Positions 11,339 through 34,067 of a stretch of DNA of 64,000 nt are shown here, in pieces (positions within the stretch are counted from its first letter, which is position 1; each line of letters starts with the position of its first letter). Made by a program: the position numbers and the translations under genes. Location: assembly GCF_009914755.1 (NCBI RefSeq), contig NC_060929.1; one strand, given 5' to 3'. The DNA is from the human T2T-CHM13v2.0 reference genome, Homo sapiens. The notes beneath the pieces were generated by a model. That model was not told the origin of the DNA, did no database searches, and worked only from the letters and a program-made list of their open reading frames with translations.

Positions 11339-12579
11339 CTCAGGGCAGTATTTCATTTGATCTTCAATATGTTCCCCTGGAATTGAGAGGATGAGGGATG
11401 CACCTAAAGTCGAAGATGTGCTAAGAGGTAAAGCTCTGCATCCAAGGCAGGACTGCTGCACTCCCCACCTGCTACAACCACCTGTCTGGGACCGTAGGAA
11501 AGTTTGGGAGGAGCCTCCAGGGAGTGTCCCTAGGTCAGTGAAGATTTTTGCTTGAGTTTGTTTTTCATTCATGATTTTCTGAGCACCTACCCTGAGCCAG
11601 GCTCTGAAAAGAGTGTGGGGAATATAGCTGCTGTCCTTGCTTGGGGTGGCTCACACAGGCAGTGAGGGAACTGGGAGTTTTCATGGAGGCCTGGGCTGGT
11701 CTAGGGGTGAAGGGGTTCAGGAAGGGTTTCTCTGAGGAAGTGACACCATTAATTCATTGATTCATTGATTCATTCAACAAGTAGTCTTGACCGGACACCT
11801 CACTGCCAGTGTGCTGGGTTGTATACTGTGCATGTCACCAGGCCCCTGTCCCCCTAGAACCTCCAGACATTGGAGACCTAATGAAAAATAGTTGCTAGCC
11901 CAAGGGAAGCTGCATCGGAGAAAGGGATGACGGGCATTCCTCATAGAGGGTTTGGCCTATGCAAAGATGGATCAAGCTATATCGGGAGGGTCTTGAACCT
12001 CCTCTGAGGGCTCAGAACAAGGCTGTGAGGGACAGAGGTTACATTAAGACTCAAAGCATCTTAGCTTCTGGGGCCACTGACTTAGTTGTTTGCCACAGAG
12101 AATTGACCCATTTCCTCTCCAGAGCAGTAGACGGTAGGTTCCCAAGGGTGCCTCCAGATCCAATGTTCTGAGTCCACAATGCACAAGGTATTGGAAGTAA
12201 ATTTGGGGTGGAGTGTGTGTGTGCCCAAAATGCCCGTGGAGGGAGGTCTCCCTGTTAGGGCACCTGGGAACCTGGAAAAACAGGCTGTGGATGTTCTCTC
12301 AGCCCCAGCTCCAGCAGCTCAGCTGTGAATGGGAAGAGCTCAGCGTCCTCAACTGTGGAATCAGCATGGGATGCTGGCAGGAAATCAGCCCTGGGGCTGA
12401 GGGGGTATCTGGGTGGCCAGCCCACCTGGCCATGGTAAGAAACTGTCAGCCCCATGGCCCAGCTGCCGTGGACTTGGCACCACAGCTTCTCCCTCCTCCT
12501 GCAGCCAGCCCAAAGCAGGACCACAGTGATCCAGAAGAATGACTCAGGCTTGCCCCTCACTCTAAAACCACACCTGTGT

Positions 12580-12916
<337 letters not shown>

Positions 12917-12979
12917 TCACCTGTGAACCTAACCCAGCTGATAAATGTAGGGCAGGGGGATTCAGGGTACATGTTGGTC

Positions 12980-13575
12980 TGTTCTTTAGAAATATAGTGC
13001 AAGTCACATTTGAAATTCTAGTAGCCCCATTTTTAAAAAGTGAAAAACAGGGCCAGGTATGGTGGCTAATGCCTGTAATCCCAGCACTTTGGAAGGCCGA
13101 GGCAGGAGGATTGCTTGAACCCAGGAGTTCGAGACCAGCCTAGACAACATGGCAAGACCCCATCTCTACAAAAAAAAAAATTTTAATTGGCTGGGCATGG
13201 TGGCGCACACTTTTAGTCCTAGGTACTCGGGTGGCTGAGGTGGGAGGATTGCTTGAGCTTGGGAGGTTGAGGCTGCAGTGAGCCATGATAGCACCACTAC
13301 ACTATAGCCTGGGCGACAGAGTGAGACTCTGTTTCAAAAAACAAACAAACAAAAACAGATATAGGGAATTTTAATAATATATTTTATTTAACCCATTACA
13401 TCCAAATGTCTTTAAACATGTAATCAATGTAAAATAACTATTAATGAGAGATTTTGCATTCTTTTCACAATCCAGGGTGTATTTTACACTTACAGCACAT
13501 CTCAATTCAGACTAGCCACATTTCAAGTGCTCAAAGCCACATGTGGCTAGTAGCTACCCTGTTGGGCAGCAGAGC
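12980..13575. mobile_element. MER33-like hAT DNA transposon relic interrupted by an Alu (13050-13355)
   Basis: tttacacttacagcacatctcaattcagactagccacatttcaagtgctcaaagccacatgtggctagtagctacc is recognised as MER33/MER3-type. Confidence 0.75.
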
Positions 13576-13948
13576 CCTAGAGACCCTCAGCCTTCCCTTG
13601 AGTTGCCCAGGAGTCATCCAGGCTCCTATGGAGTGAGAGACAGATAGCCATGAGGAACCCCTGACCCCCTTCCCCAAGGGAAGGCAGGAGGTTGAGGACC
13701 ACCAGGCCTGGCCCTGCATTCCCAGCCCTGGTCCCTCTGGGATCCTCTCTGCACCAGCCTACATGGCTGCTTGAGGGTGGGAGTCTCACATTTGATTAGC
13801 ACTCCTAGGCTTCTCCCCTGGAGTTGGCTATCCCTGCCCGCTGAGAGCCCCTGAGCGTGGGACTGGAGGAGGATGGCACTGACCTGGTCGCAGCTCCCTC
13901 ATGGTGGGCCAGTCCTCTTGCCACCAGGACTCACAGCTGATGGCATAG

Positions 13949-14291
<343 letters not shown>

Positions 14292-14572
14292 TAGGGAACC
14301 ACCTTTCATTCATGCAGATATTGAGATATTGATTCAGCACTCACTGAGAATCTGCTGCAGGGCCCTGAGGACACTGTGGGGACAACACGCCCCTTCCAGA
14401 GACCAGGCCAAAGTGGGAGACAGACTTTAAGTAGATAATCACAAATCAGTGTGCAGTGACACACTGAGACTGTGCTGCTAGTGAGAGAGTATTAATCTGT
14501 GGGGTGAGGAAAGTCTCCATTGCCCTCTCTGAATTCCCTTAGTCGCTCCAAACTCCTGCAAGATAGGGTCTG

Positions 14573-14591
14573 GGGCGCCCCCTGCTGCCCG
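14573..14591 (-). promoter_or_regulatory. CTCF motif downstream of JADE2
   Basis: Minus strand reads CGGGCAGCAGGGGGCGCCC with core CAGCAGGGGGCGC, in a locally GC/CpG-rich patch. Confidence 0.55.
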
Positions 14592-15116
14592 CTAGGCCCT
14601 AGCCCTGGCAACTCCCACCGCGGGTGGCAAGGCCCACAGGGCCAGGGCCAACCCCTCATTTCCAGGTTGCAGAGCTCCAGCCTCCCCCTCCTCTGTCCCT
14701 GCTGAGGCTCCTGCACTCCAGCACCTCCTGCTGCATGCCCCCTTGCCAGCCAGGGCAGAGTAGAGTCTTCTCTATCAGGCTTCAGTGACAGGGTGGTTGT
14801 TAAGGGACGAGGCGCCTCTTGGGAGAATAAACTATTGGCTGAGGTCCGCTGGGTGCCCAGTCCCGGGTTGGATGGGTGGCTAAGGAGACCCAGACCCTGC
14901 CAAAGAAAGGAAGGAAGTTCACAGCAGAGTGGAGAGAGAGAGAGCACTTGGTCCTTCTAGAGCTGGCCTCAGTCCTCCTTGCAGCCTCCGACTGTGTTCA
15001 GAGCGGCCAGAGGAGGCAGCAAAGGCATCTTTTCTTGGCGATGAAAGCTTCAGGACTCACATAGGCACCTCTGGCCCATGCTGGAAATGCAGGTAGCTCC
15101 AAGTGGCCTCGCAACT

Positions 15117-15125
15117 ACCCTGTCT

Positions 15126-15165
<40 letters not shown>

Positions 15166-15621
15166 AAAGAAAATTAAAATAAAAATAATGAATAAAAAAG
15201 AGGAGGGCCGGGCGCGGTGGCTCACACCTGTAATCCCAGCACTTTGGGAGGCCGAGGCAAGCGGATCACAAGGTCAAGAGTTTGAGACCAGCCTGGCCAA
15301 CATGGTGAAACCCCGTCTCCACTAAAAATACAAAAATCAGCCAGGCATGGTGGCGGGCACCTGTAATCCCAGCTACTCAGGAGGCTGAGGCAGGAGAATC
15401 CCTTGAACCCAGGAAGCAGAGGTTGCAGTGAGCCGAGATGGTGCCATCACACTCCAGCCTGGGTGACAGAGCAAGACTCCATCTGAAAAAAAAAGGAGAT
15501 TGGCCAGGAGTGGTGGCTCATGTCTGTAATACCAGTGCTTTAGGAAGCTGAATTGGGAAGATCGCTTGAGCCCATGAGTTCAGGCCCAGCCTGAGCAACA
15601 TAGTGAGACCTCATCTCTACT

Positions 15622-15658
<37 letters not shown>

Positions 15659-15830
15659 AGACAGGGTCTCACTCTTTGAGATAGGGTCTCACTCTGCTGC
15701 CTAGGCTAGAGCACAGTGGTGCAATCACAGCTCACTGTAGCCTTCAACTCCTGGGCTCAAGTGATCCTCCCACCTCAGCCCTTGGTCTCTCAAAGCTCTG
15801 GGATTACAGGCATGAACCACCATACCTGTC
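15117..15830. mobile_element. Alu cluster: orphan tail, full + Alu (15206-15493), + left arm, and an abutting - Alu
   Basis: Alu motifs with long poly(A) runs at 15127-15163 and 15624-15655. Confidence 0.85.
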
Positions 15831-16114
15831 TGAAGAAAATTTTTTTAGAGAGATAATAAAATATGGACTTCAAGGCAGCCTTTTGAGTTCAGATGGACTC
15901 CCTGCCAAGAGTCAAAGGGAGGGAAGAAAGGATGGGGTTTCAGTCAAGCAGGTGGCTTAAGGGCAAGCTCATCGTAGCAGAGTATTGCTTGGCCCCCAGT
16001 ACTCCAAGCCAGGCCTGAGCTCAGAAGCATCCGCACCAGCCCATTCTGAGGAAACATGGGTAGGGATACAGGGTCCCCATTTGCTGGCTGGAGAGATTTT
16101 CAGTGGGTAGGAGG

Positions 16115-16233
16115 GAGGCTGTCAGATTTAGCAAATAAAAATATAGGGCATGTAGTTACATTCAAATTTCAGAGAGTAGTTCCTCAGTACATTTTCCAAA
16201 TATTGCATCCTGTATTTTCCCTGGCATTCCTAG
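16115..16233. mobile_element. MER53-like DNA transposon relic
   Basis: cagatttagcaaataaaaatatagg...aaatttcaga...tcctgtattttccctggcattccta resembles the MER53 termini. Confidence 0.6.
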
Positions 16234-16575
16234 TGGGAAGCCTCAGGTCCCTCTTTCCACTGTGTTCCAGGCAGGGGGCTGAGGCAGGAGCATGGTTTTC
16301 CATGTTTTATACACTGTGGCAAATCCTAAACTATCCCAACAACCCCAACATGATGACACCTACAGTGTGAGAACAATGGAAAATGGGCTGCAGCCAGTGA
16401 CCCAGGACACAGCTGGGCCTGTCTTAACTCAGCCACAGCCTCCCTTATACCTGACATTCCAATCCAATGCTGAACAGAAGCTCCGTAGTGTCCTTGAAGG
16501 ACCTCTGCTCCCCAGAGCTCACAAGCCCATTTATTTGCTGTCTCAGCTCAACATCTAAAGAGTTCAGATTGGTGG

Positions 16576-16990
16576 GAGCACTGTTCACAATAGCCAAGAG
16601 GTAGGAGCAACCTAAATATCCATTGACAGATGAATGGATAAAGAAAATGTATACACATACAATGGAATATTATTCAGCCTTAAAAAAGAAGGAAATCCTG
16701 TCCTGTGCTACAGCATGGATCAACCTGCAGGAAATTATGCTAAGCAAAATAAGCCAGTCAAAAAAAGTCAAATGCTGTATGATTCCACTTATAGGAGGTA
16801 CTTAGAGTAGTCAAAATCATAGAGCAGAAAGTAGAAAGGTAGTTGCCAGGGGCTGGGGGGAGGAGGAAGAGAATTGATTAGGAGGCACAGAGTCAGGACG
16901 GGAGGGTGGTTCCAGGGCTCTGCTGCCCATCAATGGCATGTGGTTGACAATATTGTACTTTACACTTGGAAATTGTTGGGAGGGTGAATT
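16576..16990 (+). mobile_element. L1M-type 3' end fragment
   Basis: gcactgttcacaatagccaag...gatgaatggataaagaaaatgt...atggaatattattcagccttaaaaaagaaggaaatcctg. Confidence 0.85.
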
Positions 16991-17741
<751 letters not shown>

Positions 17742-18102
17742 ATCAGAAGAAACCATTTTAAAACAGTTTTTTTTTAAAAAGAGTTCATGTTGGGCCTCTG
17801 CTTTTCCTAGAGCACCATCCGTGACTCCCCTAAGTCCCCCAACTCAAACTCAAACTCAAAGCTCTTTTGAAATTATAATCACCTCCCTTCCCTAAAAGGC
17901 TTTTTGCACACTGCTCTAGGAAATTACGGCTGACCCAGGAGCGAGAAGTCTTCTCTCTGCCACTGACTTGATGGACCCAGCTACTTGGGAGATACTTCTG
18001 CATCTGTACAATGGGAGAAGAGGTTGGGGGATATCTGTGACCTCTGAAGTCCATCTCCTGTGGGGAGGGGCTGTGGTCAGAGGGCAAGGGAAAGCTTTCC
18101 AG

Positions 18103-18919
<817 letters not shown>

Positions 18920-20256
18920 CCAGGGCCCTTTAACTTGAGGCCAGCTGGGTGAGGTGGGGCTAGCTGGCAGATGGGGCTGGGTGAGCCTCCATACACAACT
19001 TGGGCAGAGGAGAGAAGGAAGAAGCTTTATCCACTCAGCTTGTCACCTTTGCACCATCAGAACACCATTGTGGCGGCTGACTCATCTGTCACCAGGTGAG
19101 TGTGCCATTAGGAGCACAGGATTAGTCATGGGCGTGGTCATGGGGTGAGATGCCAGGTCGGGCTGGGATAGTGACACGGTGAAGCATGGAGCAGGGCCTA
19201 GAGGCACTGGAAGAGAAGAGGAGGCATCCCTCCTCAGGCTTGGAAGGGGGCCTAGGCCTCCCTGATAGGGATGGAGGCCTCTGTCTTTGGGATAATGCTC
19301 AAGTGGGTTGCCTCGGGTCTAGAGGTTTGTATTTAGTGGGTGGTCCCCCTTATTCTTCCCTCCATTCTCAAACTCCTGACTTTAGGTGATCCGCCCACCT
19401 CAGCCTCCCAAAGTGCTGGGATTACAGGCATGAGCCACTGCTCCCGGCCACTTCCCTCCATTCTCAATGAACATTAAGCAACATGTGGCCATTCAAGTCT
19501 AGAGAATTTATCCATGAATCCACCACGAAAGAGGAAGCTGCTAGAAATGGAATTTTGTTGTCCTTGGGGTAATGGAAAATTATTGACCTGCATTCTGGCC
19601 CTTAGTTTCCTCATTTGTTAATAAGGATGAGAGCTCCTGCTGGGCCCACCATGCAGGGTGGCTGAGAGGCTCAAAGAGGACATGGGTATGAAGTGGACAA
19701 AATGAGGAGCCACAAAAGGTGTTAGAGGAGGGCAGGACACAGTGGTACAGGAGAGCACTCACAGACTTGCTGACTGACCAGAGGCAAGGAGGCCAGAGGG
19801 ATTTGTTTACCAACTCTCACTTCCCGGATTCTGAGCCGGTAAACCCTGTTTGTTTACAAGTTTTCACGGGCCTCCCTAAGCCCAACGGTGGTCTGGGGTC
19901 AGTTCCACTCTAGGGACTGGCCCGGTGCAGCCCCTAGATGGGGGCTGGTTGCAAACAGCTGATGGTCAGAGAAGCCGCTTCAGTCACATATCTGACAGTC
20001 AGCTGCCTGGGCCAAAAAACCACACAGCTCCCCAGCCTTGTGGGTTACTCAGGCCCCTTGTCAGCTCTGTGATCATCCTTCACACCTGAAAGCTTGTAAC
20101 CCGAGAGGCTAGAGGTAGTTGAATAGGACATCCCTCCTGTGCCCTCACCTCACCCCTTTTGCAAAAAAGGAACATTCCATTGCTAGGGATTGAATGTTGT
20201 GATTAACATGAAACTCAGAAGAACAGCCAAGGGTTTGTAGAAGCCAAGGAGGAAAA

Positions 20257-20267
20257 GTGACTCAGCA
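20257..20267 (+). promoter_or_regulatory. NRF2/NFE2-MAF (ARE) motif containing AP-1 site
   Basis: GTGACTCAGCA with A-rich 3' flank. Confidence 0.45.
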
Positions 20268-20389
20268 AAATAAACTTTCACCTGTGGGTACTCTGAACTG
20301 CTATTTTGGGACTCTGGGAGCCTGCCTGGTTCTAGTGCCTGTTGCTTGGTATCAAAGCATTGCTCCCTAAATGCCAGCTGGAATATTCA

Positions 20390-20854
<465 letters not shown>

Positions 20855-21334
20855 TCAATTTTAACTCCTTCATGGCCCTCATCTGAAAAGCCTCATGTGG
20901 TTTGTAGGACCTCTGAGTTTGGGGAGAGTGTGAGAGCTCATTTCATCCAATCACTATCCCATGGAGTTCCCCTCTCTAGGAGAGACTGTTTGAATTCCAA
21001 CAACAGCCCATCATTTGAAAGGCAACCCACAGCTGTGTTAAAAAGGTCTCTCTTAAATTCAATTGTAATGTCTCTTTGACACCTGACATTTCTATTCACA
21101 GGTCCTCTTGAGTCCTGGAGTCATAGATGAAGTCCAATTCACTTTCACTGGGCAGTCTTTGGACTATTTCATGACAGTTAAGCTACTCTGCCCACTTGAT
21201 TTTTCAAGTTCAGTACTTTCCTAGGGGATTAAAACACAGGGTATTCTCCCTTCTTCATCCATTACACTTCTGCTTAATGGATGAAACCACCATACTGCTC
21301 CACTGTTCAGGCAAAGACAGTCCCAGGTCAGAGG

Positions 21335-22195
<861 letters not shown>

Positions 22196-23700
22196 TAGCT
22201 CTCTACAGTGAGTCCCCATCTCCACCCCCAGGGCCCAGCCAGGCTTTTTGTGCGTAGGCAGCAGTGCCTGCTGTTTCAACAGCTTCATCTTGTGTTTAAT
22301 CTTCCCCATCATCAGTACCACACATTTTGGTACACATGCTCAACAGTCATTTTGGCATTTTGAGGACACATGTCTGTCCAGATGGTCTCAACTTCAAATA
22401 GTCTATCCTGATCTGATGGCCCCATAAGCAGACTATCCTGGGGGATCACTGGCTTCTACCTTGGCTTGGAAAACATGGCCATATGTCATAAAATTGTTGG
22501 TGTTGGAATTGGTGTTAGATAGTTCAGGCCTCATGCTCTGTGGTCTTACCCTCCACTCTCGCCTCCTTCTAGGACACTCTCCACGTGACACCTCTTCAGG
22601 CACTGAGCTCTACCAGCTCCCAAGTCATTGTGTGCTCTTTCCTGCCTCCACACCTTTGTCTTTGCTGGTCTCTCTGCTTGGAATATCCCCTCTTGCCCCT
22701 TCTCCACTAAACCAGTTTGTACTCCGAGATTCAGCTCTGGTGCCCCCTTTCTATAAACCTCCTCCATAATGTGTGGAAGCCTTCTCCTTTTGCCTTCCAT
22801 TCTGTCTTGGGCAGATCTCTGCACATTTTCTTTATGCCATGCCAGCCACCAGCAGGCAGGTGTTCAGGAAGTGCCTGCTGAGTGGCTGACTAAAAGGCAG
22901 GCAGACAGAAAGTGAGACCAAGCACCCAAGCCAGAATCTAACACTTCAGCACAATTGGTTAAGTCCCTGGTGATAACCAATCATTTCCCTTATGTAAGGT
23001 TTTGTGTGTGTGAGAGAAAGAGAGAAAAGAGACAATCTTGTGAGTAGGGACCTTGCCCCTTATTTTGTCCAGCCCAGCACTGTCATAAGGAGTGGGCAAA
23101 AAGGCCACCCAGTCCCAGGTCATCAGAAGGGTCAAGATATCACTTTTCCAAGGAGGAAGGCAGATTGAGTAAATCCAAGAGGGGCTCCACTGCCACCCGA
23201 GTGCCAGAGGATTCAAGGGACTCATGATTCTGAGCCTGGCCCTAAATAGAAGTTGGGGTGGGAAAAAAACTCAGCGTGTTCTCTAAATAGCTTCATGCCC
23301 TTGCCATCTGCTGCCAGGCAGTCAGGAAAGAAATCATTACATGGTTTCCTTCAGTAACTGTAAGAGTTGTGTTCTCATACAATGGAGCCCCCAGTCACAA
23401 ACAAGCTCCCACCTACTTTTCCTCTCTGGGACCCAGAACGGGGCTAGAACTCACCTATTCTGTCCATCACCCAAAGAGGGGCTCCTGGACTCTCAGTTCT
23501 CAAAACTGAAGTCCCTGGAATGGAAGAAAGTCAACTTGCTTCTCTCCAGACTGCAATCAATCTGGTTTGGTTTCTGATTAGTAAATCAGGAGGTGGACCT
23601 AGTGACTTCAACTCAAACCCAGGGGCTTGGAGAGAACCCCAAGAATGGTGCTGTTACTTTGTAATGTTTACCATCTCTCCAGCTTCTGAGATGTTACTAA

Positions 23701-28260
<4,560 letters not shown>

Positions 28261-28433
28261 AAAGAGAAGAGAGAAAGAGGGAGGGAGAGAGAGAGAAGAA
28301 AGAAAAAAGAAAGAGAGAGAGTATGTAAAAAAGAAAAGAAAAAAACTGAGAGGCTTGTTAAAGAGTCAGATTCCTGCCTCCCACTTCCACCCCCAGATCT
28401 AGTGAATCACAATCTCTGGTAGGAATTTTTTTA

Positions 28434-28436
<3 letters not shown>

Positions 28437-28468
<32 letters not shown>
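28437..28468. repeat. (GT)n microsatellite
   Basis: About 16 uninterrupted GT units. Confidence 0.95.
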
Positions 28469-28471
<3 letters not shown>

Positions 28472-28783
28472 AAAGCTCTCCAGGAGATTCTGTGCATACT
28501 AGAGAAACTTAATATAGATAAAATGGTTGTCTTATTTTTCACATTTCAACTGAGTCGACATTGTGTACTACTTCAGTTTGTCCATAAGTTGTTTTCAGTT
28601 TTACCATGCAAATTAGGCCTTGGTACTTGAGCAAAGGTACCTTAGAATCCTTGCACTAAGAAAAAGTTCTACAATCTTTGCAATTTTCAAAGTCCAAGAA
28701 ATTTCTAACAAACAAAATGAAAATTATGGTTGAATAATAAAAATGGAACTTGACACTAGAGTTCTTCAAGACCAGATTAGTAT

Positions 28784-28789
28784 TTTATT
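28784..28789 (-). terminator. SAR1B distal polyadenylation signal
   Basis: tttatt on + (AATAAA on -), with U-rich downstream sequence on -, at the edge of AT-rich unique sequence. Confidence 0.65.
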
Positions 28790-29439
28790 TTTCCCTTCCT
28801 AACACTCAAATTCATGGCAGGTGAAAAGATAATAGAACATAATCAAACTAACATATAAACACAATTCAAAAACGTTTAACCATCTATTATAGCTCTTTGT
28901 TGTAAAACACACAAAGTTAAACAGAAACATCTTTATATAAATTATCCTTAATAATCTGTATACACTGTAAAACAATTGAAAATTCACACCAAGATCCTAG
29001 TGCAAGCAGTGGTGTACAAAAGTGCAAACAAGGTTAGTGATTAACAACTTACCATCAATATACCACTTCAACATACTTTACATTCAGCCAAATACTGAAG
29101 GTTTCACCATGGAAAAACACTTTTATCACTTTTAAAGTAACTTGACTATGTTCACCCTGAGTGCTCTTGCCTCAGTATGGCAACTGATTATGAGTTCAGG
29201 TTAAGAGCAACACCAGGGAATACAGAAACCCACGTTAAGTTGGCCATTCTGACATGAATCTATACTTGAAAATGAAAACAATCCCAAAGAAAACCTGTAT
29301 GTCAAAAACAGAACTGTTCCTGCCTTTCACCCCAAAATATTTAAAACTAAATCTAAGCCACTTTTAAAATGCATGCTGGCCGGGCGCAGTGGTTCACGCC
29401 TATAATCTAGCACTTTGGGAGGCTGAGGCAGGTGGATCA

Positions 29440-29736
<297 letters not shown>

Positions 29737-30196
29737 TCAGTTTTCTATTTCTGCCCTAAAATCTATTTGGGGCAGGGGACACACCTGAAACAAAGTTGGC
29801 TTTGGATAACTTCGCTTACTTTCCTTTGAATACTTTGGATTCTGTTTAAAAGTATGATGAAAGCCGTGAACAACAATTAGTGCCATTAAATATATTAGCT
29901 ATTTAATGCTCTAAATTATAAGGACAAAAATTAATTGGTTCAGAACTGCCTCTTTAATAGACTCTGTGGCTTCCCTTGACACTGGAGGATCTTTAAAATC
30001 CAGGTGTTGGGTGGGGATTTGTGAGGGGGAATGGTAACAGGGTTCAGAAGTGGAAACACGGTTTTAACAAAATTCCAGTCACTTTATACAGAGGCAGAGT
30101 CACATATCCCAAGAGCTGGTTCTTCTTTTATTTGGTTAAAAAGCACTAACTTGAATTTCAAAAGAAGGATAATAATGGAAATGACCGGAAGCTTCA

Positions 30197-30538
<342 letters not shown>

Positions 30539-31305
30539 TTAGTCCTTAATTGAAGCACACTGTTTTTCTAAACTCTTATATTTATAGCAAAGCCTCTGGC
30601 TTTTAATGTAGGCTATATTTTATTCACTATTAATTTTGCATTAAGAAACTTATGTTTGCTAATTTCTATTTTTTCATTGTTTCTTGAAGATTTTTTAATG
30701 CTTCAACTTTTTACATATGTTTAAAATGATTTAAACAATATGCTCCAAATTAAATGAACAGAAGGAATTTTGAGAGATTTCCCCTTATGTAGCTATTCTC
30801 AGTGCACTCTGGTCAAATTTTACTTGGCAATAAATCCTTGCAAACGTCAGTCATGTAAGTGACTAACAAGACTGAAATACCACATTGAGTCACATACCAA
30901 ATACAGTTTCAGAAAATGTAAACCTTTCCCCTGAAACTCTCCAATCATGTTAACTAGAACTATACTGTTTCTAATGATGGAACCTGTGAAATGCTGGGTT
31001 TTGAATGTAGTTAATAAAATAATTTTCTAGAATGCAAGAAACACTATTATCACAGTTATCACCCTATTTTAATGATTTACAAGTAGTTTATGCGCTTTCC
31101 ATCACTATAAAGTATGGGCCAGTTGAAAATTGGCCGGGCATGGCGGCTCACGCCTGTAATCCCAGCACTTTGGGAGGCTGAGGTGGGCAGATCACGAGGT
31201 CAGGAGTTCGAGACCAGCCTGGCCAACATAGTGAAACCCCATCTCTACTAAAAATACAAAAATTAGCCGGGCATGGTGGTGCGCGCCTGTAGTCCCAGCT
31301 ACTCA

Positions 31306-31494
<189 letters not shown>

Positions 31495-33140
31495 TTATGC
31501 TATAAACCACAAAAAATTTGTATATGGATCCAGGTACACAAAACTAAAATTTAGGTCTGCACAGGCAGTATCTGTGTTCATATATCTTTGGCACTCATAC
31601 AAAGATACTGGTTTAAACCAACAGTGAATAATTTTTTTTCATATACTTTAGGAAATGTCTGTTCTCCAATTAAAAAATGCTATAATCTCCATTCTAAAAA
31701 TTCACTGAGATAAACTGAAATCTATCAATTTAACCAGCTGTGATCCAAAAGTGTAATTAACGGCAGTCAGTGAAACAGGTATGGGATCTCTTTAAAAGTG
31801 TAAAAGTGGGTTGAGACCTTATATTTTTACATTTCAGACTTTAGATTTTAAAAAATCTTTTGGACAGTGCCTGATTTGTATGTATACCACAGTGTTAACT
31901 ACGCCCTAGCATCTTGCAGTGTGGGACACACAATTAGCCTATGTCCCCAGTACTAGTATTTACCTGGGAAATACTCCATGGATGCACACATTCACACAGG
32001 CACATGCAGAGTTGTCTTTCCTCTGTGCTTCTACTGTTTCTTGCCATCCTCTTAATTTGGTTCTCTTGAAAAAGAGCAGTACCCAGTGCATATACTCTGG
32101 AGAGGTTCTCAAAGCTGGACAGTAAGTCCTCTGGCTCAGGAACTCTGCCCCCTAAAGCTGGGAGGAAAGCTGGTTGCTCCTAAACATGGCTTCCTTTCTA
32201 GAGGCTCGGGCCATAAAAATCTTATGTCTTTGGGAAAATATCCACAGTTTAGCTGTGGTCCACAAAGTGACTTTGTTTCTTTGATCCTAGTGTTACAATT
32301 AGAATGAGGGTTCTGGAGCAAGATATATTACACCAGAAAGCATTTTTCCTGGCTAGAGAAACCAGTATGTTTTTTTTTCATTTATACCCATTTACAACAC
32401 AAATAATTAGCTTCTTCAGTATCATAATAGATACTCTAGGAAATACTTGAAGAAAGGCAGGTCCCTGAAGGTACAGATAACATGAACAAGAGGCAGTTAT
32501 TTTTAATAAGGCTTAGTTCTATTTAGTCAGAACTTAAGGAGTACTTTAAACCTATCTGGAAGAAGAAATCAATAGGCTGCAATGTCATGTTCTACTTTTC
32601 CCATAGTGTTACTGAGGTTTCCAGGAAGGGAGGGAGCACTTTTGTTTTCATTTAGAAAGAAGATGAAAGTGAAAACAGAATAGTCAGATTACTGAAACCA
32701 AATGTCATCTTAAGAAGCGACCTTGTCAGCTTAGCTAAATAGTAATTCCTTCCAGTCATATTCCTCAATCCTTATCTGCTTCATAGGTTATATTATCAAT
32801 GACAAAAAGGACTGTAACTCTGACATGGACAATGGCTACAGAAAACACTAATTTTTGATATTAAAATTATTCTTGATGGAATTGGTTAAATATACTATAA
32901 AACTTGGCTTATAATCAGGATAAATCTTAAACTTGAGGGTCTTTAAAAATACATTTTTGGCACTTACCTTTCATCTTATATTACTAATGATGGGAATCTC
33001 AAACATATAAAAAAAGAATTCAGTTTCTTAGGAAATTATAATGCTTTTGAAAAACTAAAATTTTCTTAGTAAGCCTAGCAATGAGGCTTGCAGGCCCTAT
33101 CACATGGCAAGCATAATATCTAAAAACAAAAGTCAGGTCA

Positions 33141-33332
<192 letters not shown>

Positions 33333-34061
33333 CTACCTGAGAGCAAATAAGAAAAAAGAAAATTGGAAACAAGCACTTGTTTTCTTCTACCAGGATATAA
33401 AATATGCCAAAGAATACAAAAGAGCTATAGGATAGGAACAAAATCTCCACATATCTCAGACTGACACAGAACAAGCTGTTTTATTCCTCAGATATACATG
33501 TCTCTACAATGAAACTGCACACAAGGTCCTACTTATTGCTTGCCCCAGAGAGTACTGTTAAATGTACAGAGACTGGGAATATATCTAAATGTGGAGACAC
33601 TGGTGCCTGTCATTGCTTTTGGGGAAGAGGCACAGATTACCCCATTGGGCACCAATAAGACTGGAGCACTTCAGAATTAGACAGCTGGGATGGAACTATA
33701 GAGCCTACCAAACTGAGAATCAACCTTGTGTACCATAAATGTGCTTTTCTTCAGAAGGCCAATCCCACAGGGACTAGGACACAGACCCCATCAGCAATGG
33801 TAGTGGCTGCATTACTAATAAAAATACACATGATTCAGGGATACATGGTATCAGGTGCAACTGACCACAACCATCTCATGGTAAATACCTAAGCCTTGAG
33901 AGCCTTAAACGCTATTCTAAATATTCTGAAGGAATCTCCTTTCCCAACAACCACTTCATATGCCTAATATTAAATACTCAAATTTTCAGAGTATACTAGC
34001 TAGATAAGACACATTTAAATGAAACATTTGCCCAACAAGGATGCCAAACATTAGAGTTTGT

Positions 34062-34067
34062 TTTATT
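34062..34067 (-). terminator. SAR1B proximal polyadenylation signal
   Basis: AATAAA on - about 500 nt after the stop, followed by a GU/U-rich tract. Confidence 0.65.
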
